Shown here piece by piece: positions 8,227-17,981 of a stretch of DNA of 37,718 bases. The stretch is from a virus (Duplodnaviria; Heunggongvirae; Uroviricota; Caudoviricetes), in IMG/VR virus record IMGVR_UViG_2617270964_000009; one strand, written 5' to 3'. Positions within the stretch are counted from its first letter, which is position 1, and each line of letters starts with the position of its first letter. Under the pieces are notes generated by a model. It was not told the DNA's origin. It searched no databases and saw nothing but the letters and a program-made list of their open reading frames with translations. The position numbers and the translations under genes are program-made.

Positions 8227-11200
8227 CAGCGGTACTCCTTACGTTGTTTCTGAGCCAGCAGACGCTCCAGCATTTTTTCCAGCTCATGCAGACTCATATT
8301 CAGGGCACCAGTAAGTCCTGCAGGCGCTGTGGTTTCCCTGCCATTGAGGAAAAACTGAGGATTAAAGCTGACCTGGATACCACCAGACGTTCCACCGCCG
8401 GTTGCAGCTGCACCACGGCCTGAATATCCGGCAGCCAGGATTTCAGGCGAGGGGATACGGGGAACATCCGGTGTCATCTCATTTGCCAGACGTTGCCCTG
8501 GTAAAATCGATGCCCGGGTGGAGAGCGGAATAGCGGGCATGGAAGACAAACTATTGATTACGGCTCCGATCGCATTTTTAGCAGACGACATAAACCCATT
8601 GATATCGGGCAACGGCATACTGAAGCGAACACCTGAAGTGTTATCCCGTATTTCTGGCCCCTGAATGCTCACGGGCATTCTGGGGAGCAGTTCACTGGCC
8701 ATTCGCTGCCCGGCCAGAGCTGCAAGCGGAGTGGTCCGCTGCAGGCCAATGGCGACCCCCTGCGCGATATTGTCACCAAAGCCCATAAACACGCGGCTCG
8801 GCGAATGAATGCCCAGCTTTTCGCTGAACCAGCCACTGATGCTGTCACCCATTCCGGTTACACTGGATTTGAGCGACTCCCATTTGTTTTTGATACCGTT
8901 AATCAGACCATCGACAAGATGTCCACCGAAGTCGGTAAACTTTGCCGGCAGATCAACACCAAGATATTTCAGCGCAGCTGCAAAGGCTTTATAGAGCAGA
9001 CCTGCCGGCGACCAGTTAATCAGCAGCTTACCAGTTCCCGCGATACCGCCGTTAAAGGCTTCCTGAATGTCAGCCCAGCACTGTTTAAACCAGCTACTGA
9101 TGCTGTCACCCATTCCGGTTACACTGGATTTGAGCGACCCCCATTTGTTTTTGATACCGTTAATCAGACCGTCGATAAGATGGCCACCGAAGTCGGTGAA
9201 CTTTGCCGGCAGAGCAACGCCGAAATATTTCAGCGCAGCCGCAAAGGCTTTATAGAGCAGGCCTGCCGGCGACCAGTTAATCAGCAACTTACCGGTTCCC
9301 GCGATACCGCCGTTAAAGGCTTCCTGAATGTCAGCCCAGCACTGTTTAAACGGGCTACTGATGCTGTCACCCATTCCGGTTACACTGGATTTGAGCGACC
9401 CCCATTTGTTTTTGATACCGTTAATCAGACCGTCGACAAGATGGCCACCGAAGTCGGTGAACTTTGCCGGCAGAGCAACGCCGAAATATTTCAGCGCAGC
9501 CGCAAAGGCTTTATAGAGCAGGCCTGCCGGCGACCAGTTAATTAGCAACTTACCAGTTCCCACAATGCCGCCGTTAAAGGCTTCCTGAATGTCAGCCCAG
9601 CGCTGTTTAAACCAGCTACTGACTGCCCCCCAGTTGCGGTAGATAAGGTAAGCTGCTGCCGCGACAGCTGTGATAACGAGACCGATGGGATTCATCATCA
9701 GCGCACGTCCAATCCAGAGAACAGCACGTCCGGCGAGCATAATTCCGCGAACCAGCCCCCCGGAGAGCACGCCACTCAGTGTTCTGGCTCCTCTGGCGAC
9801 GGCGCTAAATCCGGTCACCAGCCAGCGGAGCTTACCGCCTTGCCCCAGTGCGAGCAACAGACGAAGCCAGTTGGTCCGAAGTAAAACAGCATTTTTCCAG
9901 ACACTTACAAAGGGGGAAATAAGAAGATTCAGCCCCAGTTTGAGACCAACAGTCGCTATCTTAATCGCAAGGAGCGCACTGATGAGCTTAAAAGCCCCAC
10001 TGACAAATTGCGGGTGAGTCGCTACCCAGTGTTTTGTCCCCTGAATGAGTGGGAGCAGTTCCTGAGTCAGAGAAATAAAAGATGGAGCTAATTGATCGCC
10101 CAGCGTAATTGCCAGATCGCGACTGCTGACCATAAGTGCTTTAGTGGCTTCAAGGGGAGATTTCAGCCGCTGATCATAAGCACTGGCAAGCAAATCGTTA
10201 TCCGCAGCCCTGAGAGCACCGGCGCGGATCTCGCGATATCTGTCCATGTTGGCCAGCATCGGGCGGATAAATGCCATGACCTGCATATCCGCGAACATAT
10301 CACCCAGACCAAAGTTTTTCGCCAGAGCCTGAAGTGCCTCATCTCTTGCCGTATCATTCTTTATTTTCATGGCGGATTTGAAGCCGGCCAGCGCTTCGGG
10401 GCTTTTGGCATTGAGGTAACGTTCTATAACACTCAACATCCCTTCAATCGGAGAGATCCCCGCAGCTTTATAACTCGCAATAGATCCCTGCAAATCAATA
10501 CCCAGATCAGCAAACTGTTTCTGAGTATCGCGGGCAAAAATTTTGGTAAGAAAGTTTTTAAAATTATTGGCTGCTTCGTCGGTGGAACCTGCACCGATTT
10601 TTGCTATCTGGAGACTGGCCCCGATTTCAGCAACAGCCTCTTTTCCACTGGCAATACCCGCCATCATTGGGGCCAGGGACTGCATCCACTTGACCTGATC
10701 CGGGATTTCAAATGACCCCTGGTCACCGGCATAAGCCATAATATTCTGAACGGCACCAAAATCTCTGGCCGCACCTTTCAGGGAGTTTTGCCAGACTGCG
10801 GCCACTTTTGCCCAGTCCTGAGCAGACGTGCGTGTTGCCGTTGCCGCGCGGGCAATATCCGGCATCAGAAAACCGATATCTGACACATTATCAATATTGT
10901 CGCTGATGAGTGAACCCACCGCCTCCTGCAGCTCATCCTGATACTGATTGTATTTAAGCGCCCAGCCTTTTATCTGTCCGGCAAGTGCATCCCGCGTTTT
11001 ATTGTCATATTTTGCGGTGATCGACATATCAATCATTTTGTCCTGAAAAGACATGGACTGCTGAACGGCAGGGGAAACCGTATGATAAACAGTCTGTGCC
11101 ATGCCATACGCTTCAATCCCCTGACCATACAGCGCCATGCGGTTAGCTTTCAGCGCATCACTGGTAGCGGATGCCGCTGACAGACGGCGCTGCTGGCGCT

Positions 11201-11438
11201 CAATTTGCTCCATGGTGCGGCTTACCCGCAGCAGCTCGCTGTTGAGATGCTGCATCCGGGAAGAACCCAGTTGACCATAACGTTCTGTTGCACGGGTTAA
11301 AGCGTTCTGACGTTCCTGCAGGCGGCGTGAGGTATCGCTCAGGGAATCAAGCGCACGGCGGGTACCGCTCATTGCAGAACGGAATGTGCTGCCAATCATC
11401 CCGCCGATAACAACGCCGACTGAAAACTGTCCCGACAT
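8226..11438 (-). CDS. Tail tape measure protein (1070 aa)
   Basis: Longest ORF in the tail module; has hydrophobic stretches and an internal triplicated 87-aa unit; lies downstream of the tail chaperone and tube genes. Confidence 0.85.
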   Translation of the reverse strand: MSGQFSVGVVIGGMIGSTFRSAMSGTRRALDSLSDTSRRLQERQNALTRATERYGQLGSSRMQHLNSELLRVSRTMEQIERQQRRLSAASATSDALKANRMALYGQGIEAYGMAQTVYHTVSPAVQQSMSFQDKMIDMSITAKYDNKTRDALAGQIKGWALKYNQYQDELQEAVGSLISDNIDNVSDIGFLMPDIARAATATRTSAQDWAKVAAVWQNSLKGAARDFGAVQNIMAYAGDQGSFEIPDQVKWMQSLAPMMAGIASGKEAVAEIGASLQIAKIGAGSTDEAANNFKNFLTKIFARDTQKQFADLGIDLQGSIASYKAAGISPIEGMLSVIERYLNAKSPEALAGFKSAMKIKNDTARDEALQALAKNFGLGDMFADMQVMAFIRPMLANMDRYREIRAGALRAADNDLLASAYDQRLKSPLEATKALMVSSRDLAITLGDQLAPSFISLTQELLPLIQGTKHWVATHPQFVSGAFKLISALLAIKIATVGLKLGLNLLISPFVSVWKNAVLLRTNWLRLLLALGQGGKLRWLVTGFSAVARGARTLSGVLSGGLVRGIMLAGRAVLWIGRALMMNPIGLVITAVAAAAYLIYRNWGAVSSWFKQRWADIQEAFNGGIVGTGKLLINWSPAGLLYKAFAAALKYFGVALPAKFTDFGGHLVDGLINGIKNKWGSLKSSVTGMGDSISSPFKQCWADIQEAFNGGIAGTGKLLINWSPAGLLYKAFAAALKYFGVALPAKFTDFGGHLIDGLINGIKNKWGSLKSSVTGMGDSISSWFKQCWADIQEAFNGGIAGTGKLLINWSPAGLLYKAFAAALKYLGVDLPAKFTDFGGHLVDGLINGIKNKWESLKSSVTGMGDSISGWFSEKLGIHSPSRVFMGFGDNIAQGVAIGLQRTTPLAALAGQRMASELLPRMPVSIQGPEIRDNTSGVRFSMPLPDINGFMSSAKNAIGAVINSLSSMPAIPLSTRASILPGQRLANEMTPDVPRIPSPEILAAGYSGRGAAATGGGTSGGIQVSFNPQFFLNGRETTAPAGLTGALNMSLHELEKMLERLLAQKQRKEYR
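8800..9625 (-). repeat. In-frame 261-bp tandem repeats (3 copies plus a partial) inside the tape measure gene
   Basis: gatgctgtcaccc recurs at 8838, 9099 and 9360 (period exactly 261 bp); the encoded 87-aa unit FKQCWADIQEAFNGGIAGTGKLLINWSPAGLLYKAFAAALKYFGVALPAKFTDFGGHL(V/I)DGLINGIKNKWGSLKSSVTGMGDSIS is repeated three times. Confidence 0.9.
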
Positions 11439-11513
11439 AGTGGTTAACCTCCGGGGAAGGTGAAAAGACGTGAGGGGATAACGCAGAACAGCCGCTACTG
11501 GCGGCTGTCTGTA

Positions 11514-11771
11514 TTATGATTTGTCGCCGTACTCGCTTTTTATTTGCTCTTCAGCCTGCTCCAGCCACATCTCCAGATCGTCAGTATCGAGGGCATCAAT
11601 CTCCCCCGGCTGAAACCGGAACCATCTCGCCAGCAGCCCCTGCGCCTGCGTCAGCGCCTTTGTCGCTCTCACCCATCCCCGTGATGAGCTGAAATCGTTT
11701 CTGTAACTGCAGGTAATCAGCCAGATCCATATTGTCGAGATCTTCCGGGAGAAGACCAGTACTGCGGGCAA
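11514..11771 (-). CDS. Tail assembly chaperone, downstream frame (+1 relative to 11596..11931): candidate frameshift product or frameshifted gene
   Basis: Only the C-terminal ~48 aa (KALTQAQGLLARWFRFQPGEIDALDTDDLEMWLEQAEEQIKSEYGDKS) look protein-like; the frame opens right after a TGA at 11772-11774. Confidence 0.4.
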   Translation of the reverse strand: MPAVLVFSRKISTIWIWLITCSYRNDFSSSRGWVRATKALTQAQGLLARWFRFQPGEIDALDTDDLEMWLEQAEEQIKSEYGDKS

Positions 11772-11931
11772 TCAGCGGTTCGTCCCAGTCTGCCGGGTTT
11801 TTGCTGATTTTGCGCACCTGCTTCAGGTCTTTTACCGTCAGGCGTTTCAGTTCAACCTGCTCAATTCTGGTGCCTGCAGCAGTGGTGAAGGGATAAGACA
11901 ATTTAAAAGTATCGGATGGGGTCTGTGACAT
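11596..11931 (-). CDS. Tail assembly chaperone, upstream frame (111 aa as read)
   Basis: Lies between the tube and tape-measure genes, the conserved chaperone position; N-terminal ~80 aa look protein-like, the last ~30 aa (GADAGAGAAGEMVPVSAGGD) look like out-of-frame readthrough. Confidence 0.5.
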   Translation of the reverse strand: MSQTPSDTFKLSYPFTTAAGTRIEQVELKRLTVKDLKQVRKISKNPADWDEPLIARSTGLLPEDLDNMDLADYLQLQKRFQLITGMGESDKGADAGAGAAGEMVPVSAGGD

Positions 11932-12006
11932 GATTGTGCTCCTGTGTAAGTTCAGGGCAGTATGTCGGGAGAAGCGCGTGACGGATATTAAAGGAGATTA
12001 AGAAGA

Positions 12007-12022
12007 AGGGGCCGGAGCCCCT
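12007..12022 (-). terminator. Short GC hairpin (aggggc-cgga-gcccct) followed by a T-rich tract on the minus strand, downstream of the 93-aa ORF
   Basis: Perfect 6-bp stem with a 4-nt loop; possible attenuator/terminator inside the tail operon. Confidence 0.3.
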
Positions 12023-12028
12023 GTGATG

Positions 12029-12310
12029 TCAGCAAGTGCGAAACCCCTTGCAGTTACGCAGGAAAGCGATGAGAAGCGTCTTTCCCTCAGATTTGCCGGT
12101 GCCGGAGAACCAGTGGTCGGGAGGCTCCCATGCTTCAATCAAATCCGCCAGTTTGCGGGCCTTTGAACGTGTGCAGTCAATCGGGTCATTGGTTTTACGG
12201 GTATTAAAAAGGGTTTCCACCCCCGGAATATCAAGGAGGGTAAACCACGTACCATTTGACATGCCCAGTGCCGCACATCGTCTTCCTTTATCCGTCAGTT
12301 CAACACTCAT
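12029..12310 (-). CDS. Hypothetical protein (93 aa) between tail tube and chaperone
   Basis: ATG lies 2 bp after the tube stop with a GGGGG Shine-Dalgarno about 8 bp upstream; no recognisable motif. Confidence 0.4.
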   Translation of the reverse strand: MSVELTDKGRRCAALGMSNGTWFTLLDIPGVETLFNTRKTNDPIDCTRSKARKLADLIEAWEPPDHWFSGTGKSEGKTLLIAFLRNCKGFRTC

Positions 12311-12312
12311 CG

Positions 12313-12834
12313 TCAGCCCCCGATATTGATACGGTAGTCAGTCAGTTGATCAACACCGCCGACCCGGAAGATGTTGGCCAGATAGTCCAGTTGCAGCAGC
12401 TCTTCACCATCCAGTACCTGTCTGATATACGTGCAGGTGAAGCTACTGGAGAACTCGGCGTTCTCGTGCTGTTTGAACGTCCCCAGCGGGTTCTTCTTGA
12501 ACATAATCGTCAGGAAGGTGACCAGCGGGATTTCGTCAATCAGCCCCTGCGAGCTGTAGCGCTGGACGCTGGAACGACACTGCAGTGCCAGCGACCTGTA
12601 CGGGTTCGCGGCAGACAGCATCGCATCGCGGTAAAAGCTGTTCCATTTGATTTCGCCTTCCAGTTTGTCAAAACCAGCCGGGAGTTCCACCTTACCCACC
12701 ATCCCCAGCGCCTTGTGTTCCTGCATAATCATGGAGACATCGGGGAGTTTAACTTCCTCAGCCCGTCCCAGCAGGTTAGTACCATCCAGATAGATGTTGG
12801 CATTCGTGATGCGGTTTATCTCAATCTTTGACAT
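12313..12834 (-). CDS. Tail tube protein (Mu M / P2 FII-like)
   Basis: 173-aa ORF immediately downstream of the sheath gene; size and position are typical of contractile-tail tube proteins. Confidence 0.8.
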   Translation of the reverse strand: MSKIEINRITNANIYLDGTNLLGRAEEVKLPDVSMIMQEHKALGMVGKVELPAGFDKLEGEIKWNSFYRDAMLSAANPYRSLALQCRSSVQRYSSQGLIDEIPLVTFLTIMFKKNPLGTFKQHENAEFSSSFTCTYIRQVLDGEELLQLDYLANIFRVGGVDQLTDYRINIGG

Positions 12835-14261
12835 CAGTTGCCCCCTTTCAGGGTTAACAGGTATTCCGAGGTGATCTCAGTCTCAAACGTCAGTCGCTCC
12901 AGCGGCGGTGGTGGCGTATATTTGTAGCTCAGCAACAGGTGCCCGGCGGCCAGCTCCGTCTCCGGATTGCGGGCCGGATCAAACCAGCAACGGAAGCCCA
13001 GTACCGCACCATCACCAGTCATTTTGCGACCGTAGGCGTTGACCGACTCCGTCAGTGCATCAATCAGCGCCTGAGTAATCGGCATGTCGATGTACTGCTG
13101 GCTGAAATAACGAATGGACTCGTTGATCACATCACCGGTGCGGCGAACGTTCTCAAAGTTACGCATATGGGTGACCGTTGGCCATGCTGCCGTCCGGTTA
13201 CCCCACAGACGAAGGCCGCTGCCGTAACTGCTGAATACCGTGGTGATCCCCTGTTCGTTAAGCAGGTTTACCTCACTCTGCGGGTCATCAATCATCGCGG
13301 ACAGCTGGCGCTCCACGCCGGTGATCCCCAGAATCTCCTGATTGGAGGATGACCACCAGTAGCCCTTGTCCAGATCGACTCTGGCACGCAGACCTGCTGC
13401 ACGCTGGCTGAGCGGCTCCAGACGCTCTGTGTTTGTCACCGGGTCATATACCTTCACATGCGGATAGCACAGACGGACGCGGTCGGAGCTGGTATTGAAG
13501 TTGATGGTGCCTTCCGGGCCACGACCTGCCAGAGCCTGTGCAAAGGTGGTACCGACAGGCGCATCAATGTAGGTTACCGCGCCCAGCTTCTCTGCCATGG
13601 CGATAAGCTCAACTGCGACACTCTTCTGGGTGCAGAACACCGGCGCAATCAGAATTTTGGCGAAATAGCCGTACAGGTTGAAGCTGTCGTTAAGCAGCTT
13701 CATGCCGGTTCGGTTTCCGGCGCTGTTCACCCCGCCGATGATGTCCGCCGCAGTCACCTTCGACGGGTCCGCGTACTCATAGCTCACCTTCACGCTGCCA
13801 CCGGCCTCAATAGCCTTGCCCAGGTTCGTGAGCACCCCCGCCTGCGCATCAACACGGTAGTCCGTGTTCGCCGTGTGGGTGGTGCTGCCTTCACTGTTTT
13901 TCACCACCACATTAGCGACAACCGGATGCGCCAGTCTGGCCTGCCCTGTCGATTTGTCAAAGGTAACCACCTCATCCTCGATCGCCGTTTTATGTTTCGC
14001 CGGGTCGAGGACGTTAATGACCAGAACGGTGCCTGCACCATGGTCATAAATCGCATCCAGCGCCTGCGGAATGGTAAAGCCGGTGAACTGGCTGCCAAAT
14101 GCCGCTGCGTCTTTCTCAGACAGGCACTGTACCAGCGTATTGACATCCCCCATCGGGGCGGTACCAATCAGGCCAATAACGGCAGATTTCACCGTTTTAA
14201 CCGGGCGGGCTCCGTTTTCCACCTCAATGGTTTCGGGACCATGCAGATAGTTAGCTGCCAT
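12834..14261 (-). CDS. Tail sheath protein (Mu L / P2 FI-like)
   Basis: 475 aa; conserved sheath size and position upstream of the tube gene. Confidence 0.85.
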   Translation of the reverse strand: MAANYLHGPETIEVENGARPVKTVKSAVIGLIGTAPMGDVNTLVQCLSEKDAAAFGSQFTGFTIPQALDAIYDHGAGTVLVINVLDPAKHKTAIEDEVVTFDKSTGQARLAHPVVANVVVKNSEGSTTHTANTDYRVDAQAGVLTNLGKAIEAGGSVKVSYEYADPSKVTAADIIGGVNSAGNRTGMKLLNDSFNLYGYFAKILIAPVFCTQKSVAVELIAMAEKLGAVTYIDAPVGTTFAQALAGRGPEGTINFNTSSDRVRLCYPHVKVYDPVTNTERLEPLSQRAAGLRARVDLDKGYWWSSSNQEILGITGVERQLSAMIDDPQSEVNLLNEQGITTVFSSYGSGLRLWGNRTAAWPTVTHMRNFENVRRTGDVINESIRYFSQQYIDMPITQALIDALTESVNAYGRKMTGDGAVLGFRCWFDPARNPETELAAGHLLLSYKYTPPPPLERLTFETEITSEYLLTLKGGN

Positions 14262-14505
14262 GGGCGTCCTCCGTTTTCACTTCGCTGTCACTGCTGCTTC
14301 TGCGCTTTGGTGACTGCACAGCCGGTGTGACGGCGGGGTTAGTATCTTCTGGTACCGGCGTCAGATGCTTCAGCGCCACCAGTACCTTCACGTAGTCATG
14401 CTCCTCCGGCAGGGAAACCGCCTTCCCCGGCCAGAGCAGGATTTCGGTTCCGTCCGACAGCGTGACGCCGCTGGCCGGGCCGGAATAGCGGTATGCTTTC
14501 ATCAC
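14251..14505 (-). CDS. Mu gp38-like small virion protein
   Basis: 84-aa ORF translationally coupled between the gp37-like and sheath genes; assigned by synteny. Confidence 0.45.
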   Translation of the reverse strand: MMKAYRYSGPASGVTLSDGTEILLWPGKAVSLPEEHDYVKVLVALKHLTPVPEDTNPAVTPAVQSPKRRSSSDSEVKTEDAHGS

Positions 14506-14966
14506 TCGCTTTCCTCATAGTTCACTTCGGTTAACAGCGGGCCGGACGGTAAATCGCTGTCTTCGATAAAGATGCTTTCAGTCGCGAAGTCGAGGGCGTA
14601 TTGCCACAGCCCCCTGACTTCACCGATAAACACCTCGCGGGTCAGCCAGATACGGCGGCGGCAGCCGGGCGGGGTGTGGCCACCGAGAATGCGGCGGACA
14701 GCATCCAGGACATTAATCGCCCCTTTTTTACCGTTGAGCTGGCGGAAGACCACCGTGACGCAGAGCTGGATAGTCTGAGACTGGATCACCGCACCGGTAT
14801 CATCCGGCCTGTCAAAGCGCGAACCGGCATAGCTCAGCAGCAACGCGCCAACCGGATGGTTCAGGCGATATTCAGCCGGTTTCTCCGGGAAGTACTCCAC
14901 CTGCAGTTGCGGCAGCTTCTCGCGTAACCGGGCCAGTACCGCATCAAGGACGGGCAGAACGTTCAT
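14502..14966 (-). CDS. Mu gp37-like protein (head-tail joining/tail completion)
   Basis: 154-aa ORF in conserved order with 4-bp overlaps; assigned by synteny. Confidence 0.55.
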   Translation of the reverse strand: MNVLPVLDAVLARLREKLPQLQVEYFPEKPAEYRLNHPVGALLLSYAGSRFDRPDDTGAVIQSQTIQLCVTVVFRQLNGKKGAINVLDAVRRILGGHTPPGCRRRIWLTREVFIGEVRGLWQYALDFATESIFIEDSDLPSGPLLTEVNYEESE

Positions 14967-15412
14967 CAGTATTTCTCCAGTAAACCGTCACGACCGCCGA
15001 AAGTGGCCGGGCGACTGCGTACACGAAACTCGCCAGGCTCAGGCACATCTTTCTGAGTGGACGGCAGCCCCAGCGTGAGCCTGTTATCACGTAACTCCCT
15101 GAGTTGCCGCAGCGCTTCTTTGTGGTCATCCTTCACCGTATCCGGGAGGTCACCTTCCGGGCGGCGGGCGTAGAGCCGGTATCGGACCAGCGTGATGGCA
15201 ATGTCCCGCAGAACAGTCGGTATCTCTGCCAGTGGCAGGATATAGCGTCCGCGCAGATGGGCATCAATCAGCTCGTCGGCATAGCGGATACAGCTGTCCA
15301 CCACACGGGTATTCACTGTTGCAGGCGAGTCGAAGTCCATCTCTTCACTGGTGAGCTCGATAAGCGTCCGCTCCGGCACCTGCGCAAGCAAATCCTCCAG
15401 GGTGCAGTACAT
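14966..15412 (-). CDS. Mu gp36-like protein (head-tail connector); start taken at the internal ATG at 15412
   Basis: The track ORF (to 15574) overlaps the upstream gene; ATG at 15412 (MYCTLEDLLAQV...) sits 1 nt after the upstream TGA. Confidence 0.55.
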   Translation of the reverse strand: MYCTLEDLLAQVPERTLIELTSEEMDFDSPATVNTRVVDSCIRYADELIDAHLRGRYILPLAEIPTVLRDIAITLVRYRLYARRPEGDLPDTVKDDHKEALRQLRELRDNRLTLGLPSTQKDVPEPGEFRVRSRPATFGGRDGLLEKY

Positions 15413-15413
15413 G

Positions 15414-15752
15414 TCACACCCCGCGCAGGATACGAATGACGTCGCCTTCACCCCCGGCTTCATCAAGTGCAATACCACAGGATTTACCGTCGCCGGACTG
15501 CGGCACGGCTCTGGCCTGAGCATCTGACTGAACAGCCACACCACGGCTGACAGCGGCCCCGGCCTCGACAGCAATAATGCCCAGAACGCTCACCGGCGTG
15601 CTGTCGCCGGTAACAGCATCCACTTCGGCAACCCCGAGCGCTGCGGCACCGGCTTTACAGGGGGTATTATCTGCCCCGACAAAACGCTGCTGTGCCAGTG
15701 CTGCCCCTGCCGTTACGGTTGTGATCAGAATGACCTGCTGAGTGGTTCCCAT
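15414..15752 (-). CDS. Mu gp35-like Gly/Ala-rich virion protein
   Basis: 112-aa ORF immediately downstream of the major head gene; Ala/Gly/Val-rich. Confidence 0.45.
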   Translation of the reverse strand: MGTTQQVILITTVTAGAALAQQRFVGADNTPCKAGAAALGVAEVDAVTGDSTPVSVLGIIAVEAGAAVSRGVAVQSDAQARAVPQSGDGKSCGIALDEAGGEGDVIRILRGV

Positions 15753-15761
15753 AACGCCTCC

Positions 15762-16715
15762 TTATTTACTGATACCGGTAATGAGATACCCGGCATCGCC
15801 ACCAACCACGGCGACTTTGTAGATATCGGTATAACGGCAGTACTTCACCTTGCCACCGGCTCCGTCGTATTTGTCGGCAACAGGCATCCCCTTACGACGC
15901 AGGGTGTAGCCGAAGGACGGCTCGTTCTCGTCCGCGCTGTCCGCCCCCGGCTGCGGTTTGCCGACATAGTGCAGCATCAGATTGTCTCCCCAGATATCCG
16001 CCGGCACGCTGTTCTTATCCATTGCCGCTTTCATGGACGGCAGGGAGACTGGGGCACCGATGACGATCTCTTCGATCTGAAAGAGGTCCTGCAGGATTTC
16101 TGTGGTGATGCGCTTGCGTTCGTTGGCTCCGATGGCGGCCTGAATCGCCGGGTGGAACTTCAGCAGCGCCATCACGCCGGCCCCCATGGTCATCAGGTTA
16201 GGACGCAGCCCCGTGGCCGTACGGACCGCTTCCATACCGGCTTCAATCACCCCGATGGGGTCCCCCTTACCACCGGCCCAGCGATCACTGGCTGTCAGTT
16301 TTTTGACGTGCCCGGTACGGTAGACCTTTTCATCCTGAGCCAGACGGGCAGCGATAAGTTCACGGCGCAGGTTCACGCCATTCGTGGCGCGACGGATGGC
16401 CTTGCTCTCTTCGTTAAACATGGACTCCGCCTGCTCGCGATAGTCCACCGGCGCAGCCAGATCGTGTTCACCCAGCACCAGGTCCAGCGTGCCTGTTTTT
16501 TCACGAACCAGAACATTGCTGTCCGCCCCGACGGCACGCTCGGTGTCATATTCCACAAAGGCGGTTTTCCCGAAGGTCGGTACACGCACGCCTTCCTTGT
16601 CCGTCAGCACGACGGGGAAAATACGTTCGCCGATGAATGCGGCATTTTTATAGCCACGGGCGATACTGGTCAGTACCGGATCAACGACACGTTTACCTTT
16701 TAAGTAATCAGACAT
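15762..16715 (-). CDS. Major head (capsid) protein, Mu T-like
   Basis: 317-aa ORF downstream of the protease/scaffold gene; conserved size and position. Confidence 0.8.
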   Translation of the reverse strand: MSDYLKGKRVVDPVLTSIARGYKNAAFIGERIFPVVLTDKEGVRVPTFGKTAFVEYDTERAVGADSNVLVREKTGTLDLVLGEHDLAAPVDYREQAESMFNEESKAIRRATNGVNLRRELIAARLAQDEKVYRTGHVKKLTASDRWAGGKGDPIGVIEAGMEAVRTATGLRPNLMTMGAGVMALLKFHPAIQAAIGANERKRITTEILQDLFQIEEIVIGAPVSLPSMKAAMDKNSVPADIWGDNLMLHYVGKPQPGADSADENEPSFGYTLRRKGMPVADKYDGAGGKVKYCRYTDIYKVAVVGGDAGYLITGISK

Positions 16716-16729
16716 GCTCTCTCCTTAAA

Positions 16730-17845
16730 TTACAGGCAGCGTGCGACAGCAGCCTCATAGCTGATGCCTTCTTTTTTGGACAGGGCCACTGCTTTCTGAT
16801 GCAGGGCCAGACGCTCAGGATCGGCTTCCGCAAACTCTGCCACATCCACCTTCACCGTGTCGCCGACACGCTCTTTTGTGGCCTGTTCGGCGAAATTCAT
16901 CACCGGCTCCCCGTCGGAGAGCAATGAACGAAAGGCGGTGGCCAGCGGTGTGCGGCTTTCCCCCTCAGCAAACTCCACCGGCTTGTCGCCACCGGCGACG
17001 GCATCCAGCAGGGCAACCACCACGGAGGAGGCGCGGGGAGCCAGACGGCCCTCTGCGACCAGTTTTTCTGCAAAGGCCACATTGTCCTTATGCAGTTGCT
17101 CCTGTCTGACCTGTGCATCACGCGCATCGCGATCAGCAGCCTGCTGCTTCAGGCGGCGGTTCTCCTCCTGAAGGGCTTCAATCTCTTCTTTTGTCATCGA
17201 TGATTCCTCGTTACTTGCGGAAGACGGCACCTGGCCTGTCTCACTGAATTGCGCACCTGCTGCATCCTGCGACGGTGTGTCGCGGTACGCCTCTTCGCGC
17301 AGATTGTTGAGCTGCCATTCCGGCAGGACTTTTTCTGCTTCGTCCAGACTGAAGCGGGCGATCAGAAAATCGCGCAGCTTTCCCCACAGGGAGGCATTCG
17401 TGATGGCCTGCCAGTCGGCGAACTCCACCACACCTTCTTCCTGCTCACTGAAGGACACCTGTTTCAGCCCCTTGACGGAAGGTGGCTGTGCCCCGAGAAA
17501 GCCCACATGGCGCAGGTAGAGCACGCCGGGCTTCGGATTGGACGGTGAATCCGGGAGGTAGAAAGAGGCGGACACTTTTTTGAATCGTCCGTCGGTGACC
17601 ATCTCAGCAAACTGCGGGTCCAGCTGGGCAGGCTCTGCCATCAGATCGACGCCGCTGAGCGACAGGGCTTTCACCCAGCCCCACGCCGGGTCTTCCGTTC
17701 TGGGATGACCAATCACGAGTGGTGCTTCATGGACGGACGGGTCATAGGCTTTCACGCAGGCGGCAAGATCGTCTGGCGTGAACGGCAGTTTTTTGCCGTG
17801 CATATCGGTATGAGTACCGGCTTTAAAAATGTGAATGGCTGACAT
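16730..17845 (-). CDS. Head maturation protease / scaffold, Mu I-like
   Basis: 371 aa; N-terminal protease-like region and a C-terminal charged coiled-coil region (KEEIEALQEENRRLKQQAADRDARD). Confidence 0.75.
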   Translation of the reverse strand: MSAIHIFKAGTHTDMHGKKLPFTPDDLAACVKAYDPSVHEAPLVIGHPRTEDPAWGWVKALSLSGVDLMAEPAQLDPQFAEMVTDGRFKKVSASFYLPDSPSNPKPGVLYLRHVGFLGAQPPSVKGLKQVSFSEQEEGVVEFADWQAITNASLWGKLRDFLIARFSLDEAEKVLPEWQLNNLREEAYRDTPSQDAAGAQFSETGQVPSSASNEESSMTKEEIEALQEENRRLKQQAADRDARDAQVRQEQLHKDNVAFAEKLVAEGRLAPRASSVVVALLDAVAGGDKPVEFAEGESRTPLATAFRSLLSDGEPVMNFAEQATKERVGDTVKVDVAEFAEADPERLALHQKAVALSKKEGISYEAAVARCL

Positions 17846-17981
17846 TTTGCTGTCCCGCGTTATGTTGTCGGAGACAGTTTGTGAGAAATGCAGGCCCGGC
17901 GATTTTAATCTGCTTTAGAAAACATCAGGGGAGAAGGACAGGGAAAGCAATACGGTGAACCGGAGGCGGTTATAAAACAGA

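Noticed and set aside
8805-9545. 246-aa plus-strand ORF and three near-identical 62-aa ORFs (8809..8994, 9067..9255, 9328..9516)
   Set aside because: They lie antisense to the tape measure gene and simply reflect its 261-bp tandem repeats; no RBS context and repetitive composition.
13458-14330. 290-aa plus-strand ORF
   Set aside because: Entirely antisense to the tail sheath gene, with Arg/His-rich composition typical of a GC-rich antisense frame.
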